Shown piece after piece: positions 26,700 to 38,532 of a stretch of DNA of 64,000 nucleotides (positions within the stretch are counted from its first letter, which is position 1; every line of letters begins with the position of its first letter). Under the pieces are notes generated by a model. The model was not told where the DNA came from, did not search any database, and was given only the letters and a program-made list of their open reading frames with translations. The position numbers and the translations under genes are program-made. Location: positions 96,844,001 through 96,908,000 of the forward strand of contig NC_043006.1 of the NCBI RefSeq assembly GCF_006345805.1, given 5' to 3'. This DNA is from Octopus sinensis. Its lineage: Eukaryota.

Positions 26700-27117
26700 T
26701 ATCATAAGTTGAAGACGGGAAGGATGACTTCCCTTTGCAAATACTGACAGGACACAGATAGTGTGTCATGGCCAGCTGGAGGAGTGTGTCCTCCTGGGCT
26801 AAAAACTACAGTAGCATCCACCCTTAGCGGTTAGCCATATTGAAATGGCAAAAATACGTCACGATGTGTTACCGCTACTGTATATAACTCACTTTGATAT
26901 TTATCATTGTATATATATATATATATATATATACTAAGCAATAAGGTTTAGCAACGAATTGCCTTACCACATACCGAATTTAGAAATAGCAGTCAAAGGG
27001 TTATAGCTATTTCTTCTACTAAAAAGGGAGATCTCAGTAAAAACAGCAATTGGAAGGCTGACACAAACAGTAAGAGAGAATGAATTGACTGCAATCTATC
27101 ATACATTTTTTAAGTTA

Positions 27118-27224
27118 TCTACGGACGTACGTTTCGAAATCAAGTTTTTAGGAAAGCATAAGAATTAAATATTAAATATTAAATAATTCTATCTTACCGA
27201 AACTTCTTTTCTCTTCAGCGTAGA
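27118..27224 (-). ncRNA. Type I hammerhead ribozyme with extended stem II
   Basis: UCUACG CUGAAGA GAAA [68 nt] UUUC GAAAC GUAC GUC CGUAGA. Confidence 0.87.
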
Positions 27225-27711
27225 ATACTATAATCATAACTGATTATATATTGAATTTTGAGATACTAGGAGGCACCAACTCAACTCAGTATCAGAGCGA
27301 GCTAGAATCCGCAACTAGTATCACCGAATCAAATTTGTGAATGAAACGATTGTGTCACACCCCTTCCCACCCGCGTGTAGCCAAAACAAGATGCTGTGGT
27401 CATCTACTGAGATAAATATGGTTATCCGTAATAATGAAGGGTGAAATTAATTTTATTTGGAATAATTATCAATTAACCAAGTAGTCTTCGGCATGTAAAA
27501 GCCTCATTCGAGGAAATTTAAGTAATACTAAGCAATAAGGGTTTAGCAACGAATTGCCTTACCACATACCGAATTTAGAAATAGCAGTCAAAGGGTTATA
27601 GCTATTTCTTCTACTAAAAAGAGATCTCAGTAAAAACAGCAATTGGAAGGCTGACACAAACAGGTAAGAGAGAATGAATTGACTGCAATCTATCATACAT
27701 TTTTTAAGTTA

Positions 27712-27817
27712 TCTACGGACGTACGTTTCGAAATCAAGTTTTTAGGAAAGCATAAGAATTAAATATTAATATTAAATAATTCTATCTTACCGAAACTTCT
27801 TTTCTCTTCAGCGTAGA
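27712..27817 (-). ncRNA. Type I hammerhead ribozyme with extended stem II
   Basis: Same motif as 27118-27224, 594 bp away. Confidence 0.87.
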
Positions 27818-28181
27818 ATACTATAATCATAAATGATTATATATTGAATTTTGAGATACTAGGAGGCACCAACTCAACTCAGTATCAGAGCGAGCTAGAA
27901 TCCGCAACTAGTATCACCGAATTCAAATTTGTGAATGAAACGATTGTGTCAACAGCCCCTTCCCACCCGCGTGTAGCCAAAACAAGATGCTGTGGTCATC
28001 TACTGAGATAAAATATGGTTATCCGTAATAATGAAGGGTGAAATTAATTAATCGTTGCTAAACCCTTATTGCTTAGTATTACTTAAATTTTCCTCGAATG
28101 AGGCTTTTACATGCCGAAGACTACTTGGTGTAATTGATAATTATTCCAAATTATTATTAATTCACCCTTCATTATTACGGA

Positions 28182-28227
<46 letters not shown>

Positions 28228-28257
28228 TGATAGAATGATAGATAGATAACAAATGTA

Positions 28258-28363
28258 GCAGAGTGACTCAGGGTCGGGAAGTTTCGTGCTTCGGCACTTA
28301 TGAAACTTACAAATGTCTGATAAGTGCCAACGCATGAAACTCTCCGACCTTGAGTTGGTCTGT
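28258..28363 (+). other. Long imperfect hairpin (pre-miRNA-like or MITE remnant)
   Basis: 36-nt arms 28266-28301 and 28320-28355; 33 of 36 positions pair, 3 of them G-U; 18-nt loop; short basal extension. Confidence 0.6.
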
Positions 28364-28432
28364 TACTTCCGTTGAATATTAATAAGATTATACATATACT
28401 TATATTTTCAGTTCTGTTATTCCTTGTTGCAT

Positions 28433-28477
<45 letters not shown>

Positions 28478-28959
28478 TACGCACACGGATGTGCTATCTT
28501 CGAAATCTTCGAAAATCTACTTTGCAATGTTCAGGGCTCACTAGATTAAATTTGGTCAATAACAAGGGAGTAGACGGAATAGAATTTCCTTAAGTATTAT
28601 CCAACCGCAGATACGCGCGTGCGCATATATATATATATATTGATAAAAATTGTAAGACAACAAAAGAAAGAAAGAGACCTCGATGTTATGTTAATAGAGG
28701 ATGGCTACCGAATAATTGTCACATATTATATTTACAGGTATATGCCCTACTGTCGCCTCCCCCACCTCCCAACAACATCACACAACACTACACCATACAA
28801 CATTACACATCACATCACAACACATCACCCACACACCCATCCCCACATTTTCACAGCTACACATACATACACACACACGTCCAGACCACCAGCCCTCTTT
28901 CACACGCACATACATACTCTCTTATACACACATGCACCTTCGTGTTGGGGGTCATCTTT

Positions 28960-29210
28960 ACTTTGTTATCTCACCTACTTTCCCTCTCGTGTGTGACCCT
29001 TCTGTCCGAGTCAGTCGCCATGATAGATCGTTAGCCACCACACACATTTTTTTCTCTCTTTGTTTCTCTCCTTGTTTTTTCTGTGTCCCTTTCGTGTATG
29101 AAGAGCGTAGGCTCGAAACGTAAAAGACTTTTTCTATTCCTGAGCGTTATACTAATATATCTGTTTGTTTTGTACACCACCTGTCTTCGTCTTTTGCTTT
29201 TTCGTAAACT
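28960..29210 (+). mobile_element. Degenerate hammerhead-associated repeat fragment
   Basis: gagc-gtag-gctc gaaac gt a aaagac near 29100-29130 keeps stem II and GAAAC-GUA but the CUGA core is decayed; homologue at 54355-54470. Confidence 0.5.
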
Positions 29211-29334
29211 CTCTTATATATATATATTTATGTATGTATATTATATGTATATGTATATGTATATATATAATAGATGAGGTAGACAGATAGATATACAGAC
29301 ATATATTTATGCATATATAATTAATAACCAAAAC

Positions 29335-29520
29335 ATTACGTGGAGGAAACGACAACGCGTGAACGTGGTACACGTAAAGTATTAATAGACGCTCAGGGAA
29401 GGAAAGAAAAGTAGTTTTAGATTTTGAGTAAAGCTCTTCGTCAGAAACAAGAGACGGAGGAAAGTCTAAGAGAAAAGGAAGACGGAAGAAAACAAATAGT
29501 CAACGATCCACATGTTGTTA
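29335..29520 (-). mobile_element. Degenerate hammerhead-associated repeat fragment
   Basis: Minus strand gttt ctgacga a gagc ttt actc aaaatc ta aaac, a decayed version of CUGACGAA GAGC..GCUC GAAAC GUA. Confidence 0.45.
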
Positions 29521-29599
29521 CATCTTGAAATGACCGGAAAAGAACGGGTGAAGAAAAGTTCTTTCTAAGACAGGAGAGTATAAGAGAAGAAGGTATCTG

Positions 29600-30610
29600 T
29601 GTGTATTTGTGGGTATGTGTGTGCAATCTGTGTGTGTGTTGTGTGTGTGTGGTGTTTGTATGGTGTTGGCTGTTTATATGTGTATGAATGAGTGATCTTT
29701 GTGTCTCTTAATGTTGTAGGAAGAATTCGGCAGAATGGTAACGGGAGTAGTGGTCTTTTGTGTTGTTGTGTGTTTCTTCACATGTGCGTAGAGGAATGGT
29801 CAGTAGAAAGCTGTTTGGCTGGCAGTTTGAAGCATGTGTATGTGTGTGTATATATGTGTGTACGTGTATGTGTATGTTGTGTGTGGTGTTTGTGAATACG
29901 TCTGTGTGGGCGTGTATGTGAGTGTGTGTGTCTGTGTGCGTGTGTATGTGTACGTGTGTATATGCGTGTGCATGTGCGTGCGTATGTGTGTGTGTGCGTC
30001 CATGCCCGTGCGTGCGGGTGTGTGCACGTGCGTGTCCGTGTGTATGCCCGTATATGTGTAATTGTGTGCGTGTATGTATGAGTGTGCCTTGTGTGTGTGG
30101 GAGGTATATGTGCGTGCATGTGTACGTGTGTGTGCGTGTGTATGTGTGCGAGTGGTTGTATGTGCGTGTCTGTGCGTGTGTATGTGTGCTTGTATGTGCG
30201 TGTGTATGTGTACGTGGGAGTTGTGTGTATATGTGAGTGCGCGTTTGTGTGCGTGTGTATGTGTGCATGTATGTGTATGTACGTGTGTATATGTGTGTAT
30301 GTGGGGTTGTGTGTGTGCAGGTATGTGTGTGTTCCTGTGGGTGTGTGCGTGTTCATGTGTGTGTAGGTGCATGTATGTGCGTGTAGTTGTGTGTATGTGT
30401 GTGCGTGTATGTGTGCGTGTGTGTGCGTGCATGTACGTGTATGTATATGTGTGTGCGTAGGGGTGTGCGTATTAGGTATATGTGCATTCCTGTGCGTGTG
30501 TGCGTATGTGTAGGTGTGTGTACGAGTATGTGTACGAGTATGTGTACGAGTATGTGTACGAGTATGTGTACGAGTATGTGTGTGTTTGCCCGCACACACG
30601 CGTGCGCAAA
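29600..30610. repeat. Degenerate (TG)n/(TGTA)n array with a short (TGTGTACGAGTA)n minisatellite
   Basis: Direct observation. Confidence 0.95.
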
Positions 30611-31350
30611 CACACACAGAGATCTGCTACGTTTGAAATCTTTGAAAACCTACTTCGTAATATTCTGGAGACAGTAAATTAAATTTGGTCAATAACCAGG
30701 GAGTCAATGGAATAGACTTTCCATAACTATTCTCCTGCCGCTTAAATAGATGTGCTTGTGCTTTCGAAATCACTATTTTCGAATCAGATGTCATTCGAAT
30801 CCTTATTGGCTATCACGTGATATATTTACACCATGGCATGACGCGGGGGAGTATTCTTTGTATTTGCTTTCCTGTCGGCCTTCTGCTTCCGAAATGCTAT
30901 AGATTTATGATTATATTTTCTTTTAGTGTACTTATATATCTTGAATGCCTAGTCGTACTAGTGTAGACATTGTATATGTGTGAGTGTGTGTGTGTGTATA
31001 CATATACAGAGAGAGACAGACAGACAGAGAAACTCGAGCCTACACATATGGTGATGGTGGTGGAAGTCGGTCTAGTTCATATGGAAAGGCCATTTCTGTA
31101 TTTCTCGTTCGCATTTTATATCTTTGATAATTTAAAGAAAATTCTAGAGTTTTTTTTTTCTCCAGGGTCTGTCTATTTAAATTACATTTGAATATGTTTA
31201 ATAGTGTATCATTGAGACCACACCCTTAAGCAGATGGCTAAACGAGATATACGTTTAAATACACACTCATACACACACACATACTTATGTGTATATCTAT
31301 ATGTAGATGCATGAATATACATGATTTATATGTAGTTATGCGTATATTCT

Positions 31351-31403
<53 letters not shown>

Positions 31404-31453
31404 GCATGCATATATACGCACATATATATATATAATATATATATATATATAGG

Positions 31454-31484
<31 letters not shown>

Positions 31485-32568
31485 ATAGATAATAGATGTA
31501 CATATATATTCCTGTATGTATATTTTGTATGTATGTATATATACGAGTATATAAATGTGTGTATATATATATATATAATAGAAGATTGCTATACATTAGT
31601 ATATATATGCTTATAAGCATAATACATGTAAGCAAATACAGACACACACACATATATATATATATATATATGTTTGTATTATGTACATAAACACACACAC
31701 AGTTTCTATTTATGTATGCGTATGTACTCAGTTTGACATCGTGTTTATGCATCGATTATAAATAGTTTACATTCAAATTCTACTGTATTAATCTCCAATT
31801 ACTTGCGTGTAGATACAATAATATATATCATCTCCCTCTCATTATCTTCTTCTTTATTATCATCATCATCATCATCGTTATTGTTATTTTTTCTCCTTAT
31901 TACAAGTTTTGTTGGAGCTCCTGGAGTCTTGCATGCGTAGGGGGTTTACTACCTGCAGCCCACGGTACCTTACCATTCCTTCTTTTTAACTATCTAATAC
32001 TTTCCTTATTATTCTGGTCGTGTCAAGGAAGAACAATTTTGTAACAGTTCTACTGGGCACTCTATTCTAATATCCTTTATATTCCTCTTGATGCCATCTG
32101 ATACTGTTCTCAAGGACCCAACAATAATTGACACTATCTTCACCTTCTTCATTTTCCATAACCGGGCCATTTCATACTTAAGATGATTCTATCTATGCAT
32201 CTGTCTATCTATCTGTCTGTCTCTCTGTCTTCTATCTATCTATCTATCTATCTATCTCTCTACCTATCTTTTCGCCTTCTTTCTTGACTATTCGTGAGTC
32301 AAAGGGGTATGCAGCGTCAACTATATTGCATATGTGGTGCAACTTGTCCATCACCATTAGGTCCGGTCTGTTTATGCTCCAGCACCTGATCTGATTGGAC
32401 TGGGAAATCACACAGGATTTTGATAACCTCCGAATCTTCATTTTCTGCGGTTACTGCCCATATCATGTCTTCTCTCTATCCCCCACTTTTCGCACAGTTC
32501 CAATGTAGCACTTTCGCTACCCGGTCGTGTTGCCACAATTATTATTATTATCATTATTATTATTATTA

Positions 32569-32616
<48 letters not shown>

Positions 32617-32617
<1 letters not shown>

Positions 32618-33948
32618 TTTTTTTCTTTCAAATTTGCTTCCATTTCTTGCCGAGTGTCTTCCGACTCCTAGGGCAAAGAAACTCATAGTATACATTGGTA
32701 GGCCATTAAACAAACTCAATAGTTCGTTCATTTTTTTTCTTTTTTTTTTAGTTAAATTAAAATCATGAGCAGCAACAGTTCTCACATCGACAATGCTCTT
32801 CTCAATACGTGTGATGTACCAGTTAAGACAATCTTTTGCACTTCTTGCAGGGATGGTAAGCCGGGATCATTCTCATATAATTTTCGGTTCCCTTCTTGAT
32901 CATTCCTAGTGCTGATCTACGATCACTGATATTGTAACCGCCTTGAGATGCCACATTTTCTCAATTTCAATGAGTAGGTCTTTATATTTTCTCTGACTGT
33001 CAAACTCTTTCATGAGATATTATGATCACAGGGGATGCTCATGTCGATCAATAAGCAAACTTTATTGTTTTGGTCTTTCACAACAATATCTGGTTTATTG
33101 GCCTTGATGGTTCGGTCTGTATGTACTGGAAAGTCCCACAGAATGGTTACATTTTCTCCTTCAGTTACAGCCTCAGGGGGTGATTATACCACTTGTCGGC
33201 AGTTTTGATATTGTAATGCCGACTTATTAGCCAGTGTAGATATTGGCCAACTCTGTCATGTCTTAATTTATACTCCACTGGTGCTAAGACTTTACATCCA
33301 GAGATTAGGTGGACCACTGTTTCAATCATGTCGTTGCAGAATCGGCATTTTGGGTCTGCTCCATTTTTCATCACATTTGGCCTGGTAGTTCCGGGTTAAT
33401 AGGCTTTGATCTTGATCAGCCAGGATGAAACCTTCGCTCTCTGCTTTTAGCCCTGAGCCCCGTAGCCACTGATGGGTTTGCTTCTGGTCAACATCAGATT
33501 GTTTGCTGCGGGTCACATAGTTGCCGTGCAGAGGTTTCTCCTCCCACCTATCAGCCAATTGCTCGTGCGCTTTTTCATTGCCATCATTTTCACCTTCTTT
33601 GCAACAATTTTGCCGTACTTCCCTCGGGTTGTTCAGTTTGGGTATCCTGCACGAGATCAATAGCAAATTTTTTGCTTTCCTTTATGATAGAATGGAGCTT
33701 CTTTCTTTCGTCTCTCGTGATTTTCCACGAGCTTTAGCATCCAGTCATTCGATATTCGAGATATTTGGCCAGTCCAATTGTGGTTGTTTTGTAAGCTAGT
33801 TCAAATTGGATCAGGCCTCGACCTCCTTGGACTCTGGGAAGGTAGAGGCGATCTACGTCTGCCTTTGGGTGGTGCATCCTATTACAACTCAGCAGCTTGC
33901 GTATTTTCCTATCTATATTCTTTACTTCACTCATATTCCAGTTCAACA

Positions 33949-33950
<2 letters not shown>
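32617..33950 (-). mobile_element. RLE-type (R4/Dong-like) LINE, 5-prime-truncated, element A
   Basis: HPKADVDRLYLPRVQGGRGL, WLRGSGLKAESEGFILADQDQSL, CRFC...H...C zinc knuckle, RHD, PDIV...ID...KY endonuclease, 3-prime UTR ending in (TAA)n; (TAA)n at both ends. Confidence 0.9.
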
Positions 33951-33982
<32 letters not shown>

Positions 33983-33999
33983 ACTATTATCATTATGAT

Positions 34000-34675
34000 G
34001 TTATGTTTGTTTTTGCTTTACATTTGTACAAGTTGGCTTCAAGTCTCACCCTCAGACCTCAAGAGACAACAAGTTAGAATTTTATGTTGGTGTTATGCCT
34101 AGGGTGCCATATATTTGGTTTTGTACATAGTGTTGTACTAGTGAATGCCTAAAAAAACCATACGAAAGTTATGTTTGTTTTAAAACTTGACATTACATGG
34201 AAAGTATTTTGCGTAGGATATGAGCAGTTCCCATGAGCACTATCTTTTGAATTTCTGCCATTTTGGGGTTTCCTAATATCTGAGCTAGGTAGCAATCAGC
34301 CCCTTTTGCTATCATTCCCAGGGCACCTATGACAACAGGTATTGTTTTAGTCTTCAGCTTCCACATTTTGCTGATTTCTATTTCAAGATCTTTATATTTG
34401 CTCAGTTTTTGGTAGGTCTTGACAGATACGATTATATCGATTGGGACAGTCATATCAATGAGGAGGCATGATTTTTGTCTGAAGTCTTTCAGTATAATGT
34501 CTGGCCTATTTGCATCTATCTTTCTGTCAGTTTGAATGGTGAAGTTCCAGAGGAGTGAGATGTGGTCATTTTCAAGCACTGGAGGTGGTTTGTGTTCCCA
34601 ACAGTTTTTTTTCATGGGGCAAATCCAGGTTTTTGCAAATTACCCAGTGAATATATTGTGTTTATATTGTGTTTA

Positions 34676-34676
<1 letters not shown>
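34000..34676 (-). mobile_element. RLE-type LINE 3-prime fragment, element B
   Basis: ORF 34193-34615: LLWNFTIQTDRKIDANRPDII...IDMTVP...KLSKYKDL...PVVIGALG...QKIVLMGTAHILRK; between (TAA)n tracts. Confidence 0.92.
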
Positions 34677-34742
<66 letters not shown>

Positions 34743-34743
<1 letters not shown>

Positions 34744-36295
34744 CTTCGTAACACAGTGTAAGTAAAGATGCACCGGAGTCTTTAGTCATCTGTCAAGTCA
34801 CAACAAGGACCTCAGACAGATAATACTTTCCTGAAGATGTGCCATGTACCCAATAAGACTGCTTTTTGCAAGACATCAATCTTGCATGGGATTTCCCGTT
34901 GCCTTAAGAAGTTTTAAAGTTTCAATACGATTGATCTCTAACGTTCCGATCACCACTGGTATTATTTTTTAATTACACTCTCGAATTCTATGCAATCTTG
35001 CCATTTCCACTTTCAATTCGGAGTACATGGGGGTTTTTTCAACCTCTTTACTCACAACATTCATGTCATTTGGTATAGCTACATCAATCATCTGACGGCA
35101 TCTATCTCTCTTATTCAATATGACAATATCCGGCCGACAGTGTTCGATTATACGACCCGTCTGAAAATCATAGTCCCAGAGTATCGTTACTTTTCCATCC
35201 TCCTGCATAACTTGGTACATGCTCAGACCAGTTCTCTGTTAGTTCATATTAGTATTTACGGCATAAAAGCCAATGAAGATCCACAAGCACTTTATCTTGG
35301 TGGCGCTTTATTCCTTTTGTGCAAGGCTCTTATATCCAATTACCAAGTGGGTCACATTTTCCACTCTCTCCCTACAGAATCTGCATTTCTGAGTGTCAGA
35401 GGTTTTATATATGTTATACTTCACTGAATTGGTAGCGAGAGCCTGGTCTTGTACAGCAATGATCAGGCTTTCAGTGGTACGCTTCAAATCACCCCTCTCA
35501 AGCCATGCTCACGATGCTGTATTAACCTTAATGTATTGTGTATTCCTTTCAAACTGTCCATGCATTCCCATTTCAAGAAGGTTTTCTTTCCTCTTCTCAT
35601 CAGCTCTTTGATTAAACTCCTCCTTACCCATCATTTCATCCGCATTTACATCCATATCTTTCGCGAAATACTGCAGCAGGTCTTCATCACTATTTATCAA
35701 ATACTCAGCAAGCGTTCTCCTTTCACTCCTTTTACAATGGTCTATACTAATTAGTCCTCTGCCACCATTCTTTCTTTTCATATGCAGTCTGTTTCCGTTT
35801 GCTTTAGGGTGTAGCGCCCCATGCAGCGTCATCAACTTTCCCGTCCTTCTATCCAGTGTTAATATTCCATCCTTAGTCCATATGAGGATGGACGCATTAT
35901 ATCTGAACCACCACAACTGCCCAGATTTTCATTGCGGTAATCAAATTTTTGGCATTCACAGTGGATTTCAATACCGTCTTCACCCTTTTATGATACGCCT
36001 CGCTGACCTTGACTTTCATTTCTCTGTGTAGAATGTCATCCAGCTCTCCAAAATCCCTAAACATCTATACCCAATACCGTCGGGTTCACCCATGGTCTCT
36101 CCTGATGGTAATCGCAATCCTCTGCAGGCTGCTTTCTTCCCACTTTTCATATTAAGTACTGAGCATTTGGTAATCCCAAATTCCATACCGATGTGTCTAT
36201 CACATTTCTGGACTGTTTTGGTCAAGGAATCTGTTTTTCAGATTTTCCAAACAATTTCAGATGATCCATAAACAGAAGATGGTTCAATGATGGGC
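34743..36295 (-). mobile_element. RLE-type LINE, 5-prime-truncated, element C
   Basis: LNHLLFMDHLKLF (RT motif), LHPKANGNRLHMKRKNGGRGL, ILWDYDFQT...RPDIV...IDVAIP; begins at (GAA)n and ends at (TAA)n. Confidence 0.9.
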
Positions 36296-36441
36296 CTTTC
36301 TTCTTCTTCTTCTTCTTCTTCTTCTTTTCTTCTTCTTCTTCTTCTTCTTCTTCTTCTTCTTCTTCTTCTTCTTCTTCTTCTCCCTCTCCTTCTCCTTCTT
36401 CTTCTCCTTCTCCTTCTTCTTCTCCTTCTCCTTCTTCTTCC

Positions 36442-36472
<31 letters not shown>

Positions 36473-36501
36473 CTTCTCCTTCTTCCTCTTCTTCTCCTTC
36501 C

Positions 36502-36533
<32 letters not shown>

Positions 36534-36665
36534 TTCTTCTTCTCCTTCTCCTTCTCCTTCTTCTTCCACTTCTTCTTCTCCTTCTTCCTCTTCTTCTTCT
36601 TCTTCCTCTTCTTCCCCTTCTTCTTCTTCTCCTTCTTCTTCTTCTTCTTTTCCTCCTTCTTCTTC
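36296..36665. repeat. (TTC/TCC)n microsatellite
   Basis: Direct observation. Confidence 0.97.
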
Positions 36666-36695
36666 TTATTATTATCTTTATTGCTATTATTATTA

Positions 36696-36753
<58 letters not shown>

Positions 36754-36764
36754 CATTATCTTTT

Positions 36765-36890
36765 TTTTTTCTTCTTTCGAATACGCTTCCATTTCTTGCC
36801 GAGTGTCTTCCCGACTCCAAGGGCAGAGAAACTCATAGTATACATTGGTAGGCTATTAAACTAAACTCACTAGTTCGTTTTTATTTTTTT
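36765..36890 (-). mobile_element. Short 3-prime UTR copy of the element A family
   Basis: Homologous to 32617-32750 (catttcttgccgagtgtctt...aaactcatagtatacattggtagg); (TAA)n on both sides. Confidence 0.85.
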
Positions 36891-36930
36891 AAAGTTTATT
36901 ATCATTATTATAATTATTATCATTATTATA

Positions 36931-36980
<50 letters not shown>

Positions 36981-37554
36981 CATTATTATCATTATCATTA
37001 TTATTATTAGTTTGAATGTTTTCTGTTTGAAGTGAATGGTCACGCTGAAGAGAGGTCTGTGCATAAAATATCTTTAGGGATTAATTTATAGATAAATCTT
37101 TTCGTGGATCTTTTTTTCGTCGTAATTGTTCGATAATTTTCACCTGTTGTAGACTAATGATTATCTGAGGTAGACAGTTTGTGATGATCATAATACAGAT
37201 ATATTTCTATGTATCTATCTCCCCATATGTGTGTGTGTGTTGTGGTTGGGTGTTTTGTTGTGTATTCTTTTACTTGTTTCAGGCATTCCACTGCCGCCAT
37301 GCTGGGGCACTGCCATGAAGGACTTAATTTTGAAGCCTTGTAAATATTCTCTCTCTCTCTCTCTCCCTCTCTCCTCCCTCCCTCTCTCACTCTTTCTCTC
37401 TCTCTCCCTCTCTCCCTCCCTCCCTCTCTCATTCTCTCTCTCTCTCTCTTCTCTCTCTCTTGCCGAGCAGCTAGGTAACACGTAAAACACCAGCACGTGT
37501 TGTCAAGTGATAATGGTGGGAGCATACATAGACACAAAACACACTCACACACAG

Positions 37555-37599
<45 letters not shown>

Positions 37600-37609
37600 T
37601 ATATATATG

Positions 37610-37647
<38 letters not shown>

Positions 37648-37653
<6 letters not shown>

Positions 37654-38211
37654 TAAAATTACTAAGTCTCTCTAAAAGAGATTACGGCAGCGTTACTGGA
37701 AATTAATTGTTATCGCCATATTAATATGGCAGTCTTATAGATATAAGACTAAAAGCTGTCGCTGATTAGCTCCATGAGGCCATCGCCTTAAGATAGCTAT
37801 TTGACACACAAACTGTGTCCATTATAACCTTCGAACAAGGGAGGTCAGCCGCTTCACACTGCTAGTCAGACAGCTACAGACGCGTTTCAGGGCATTTGCC
37901 CTTTGTCAATGTAGCGTAGTCGACCCAGCAGGTGTCACCACTGATCGTCTCTGTTCGTAGGTTTTATTTACCTAGTTTCGGTGGAATACATCCACTTGTT
38001 TTCAATAATAGAAATATTAAAATTACTAAGTCTCTCTAAAAGATATTACGGCAGTGTGAAGCGGCTGACCTCCCTTGTTCGAAGGTTATAATGGACACAG
38101 TTTGTGTGTCATATAGCTATCTTAAGGTGATGGCCTCATGGAGCTAATCAGCGACAGCTTTTAGTCTTATATCTATAAGACTGGCATATTAATATGGCGA
38201 TAACAATTAAT

Positions 38212-38212
<1 letters not shown>
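37648..38212 (-). mobile_element. Retrozyme-like element: 364-bp unit + 43-bp repeat start + 162-bp inverted end, between (TA)n tracts
   Basis: 37648 start repeats at 38012; 38051-38212 is the reverse complement of 37701-37862. Confidence 0.85.
37873..37915 (-). ncRNA. Type I hammerhead ribozyme, U3-A8 core variant
   Basis: GCUACA UUGACAA AGGGC AAAU GCCCU GAAAC GC GUC UGUAGC; 6-bp stem I, 5-bp stem II, ACGCGU palindrome. Confidence 0.8.
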
Positions 38213-38224
<12 letters not shown>

Positions 38225-38247
<23 letters not shown>

Positions 38248-38345
38248 ATACGATTGGCTTTTTCCAGTTTCCGTCATCCAAATCCACTTACAAGGCTTTG
38301 TTCGGCTCGAGACTATAGTAGAAGACACTTGTCCAAGGCGTTACT
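38225..38345 (-). mobile_element. SINE family B fragment
   Basis: cagtttccgtcatccaaatccacttacaaggctttgttcggctcgagactatagtagaagacacttgtccaagg. Confidence 0.7.
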
Positions 38346-38444
38346 TTACCCGAGGCGTTACTTGCCCGTCGAATTAGGGAATTCCATAACTCGACGGGCA
38401 AATATTAACATGACTGCCCAAACTTGAAGTTTCAATGGGATTGA

Positions 38445-38532
38445 GCCTAACGTTCCGATCACCACTGGTACCATTTTTAGATTACACTCTCGAATTCTAT
38501 ACATTCATGCCATTTCCACTTTCAATTCTAGC
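38445..38532 (-). mobile_element. Small RLE-LINE fragment
   Basis: Close match to 34938-35020 of element C. Confidence 0.75.

Larger units (their letters stand above)
25457..26909 (-). mobile_element. Retrozyme-like array of ~350-bp units (3 direct + ~1.2 inverted) between (TA)n tracts
   Basis: Units start at 25457, 25806, 26159; strand switch at 26477/26478; one hammerhead per unit. Confidence 0.9.
26933..28186 (-). mobile_element. Retrozyme-like array of 594-bp units (~1.9 direct + 137-bp inverted end) between (TA)n tracts
   Basis: Units start at 26933 and 27527; strand switch near 28050; one hammerhead per unit. Confidence 0.88.

Noticed and set aside
25926-26769. Repeated 63-67 aa ORFs with GQYL and nearby HGQL, resembling Helitron Pif1 helicase motifs
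   Set aside because: Motif spacing (85 nt) does not fit the usual ~39 nt, frames break between units, and the GQYL codons overlap the hammerhead stem II, which explains the conservation.
29708-30682. His/Thr- and Cys/Val-rich ORFs, also at 56492-57491
   Set aside because: Translations of (CA)n/(TG)n arrays.
36222-36838. Glu-, Lys- and Arg-rich ORFs
   Set aside because: Translations of (TTC)n and (TTA)n; only the final GPSLNHLLFMD segment is real and belongs to LINE element C.
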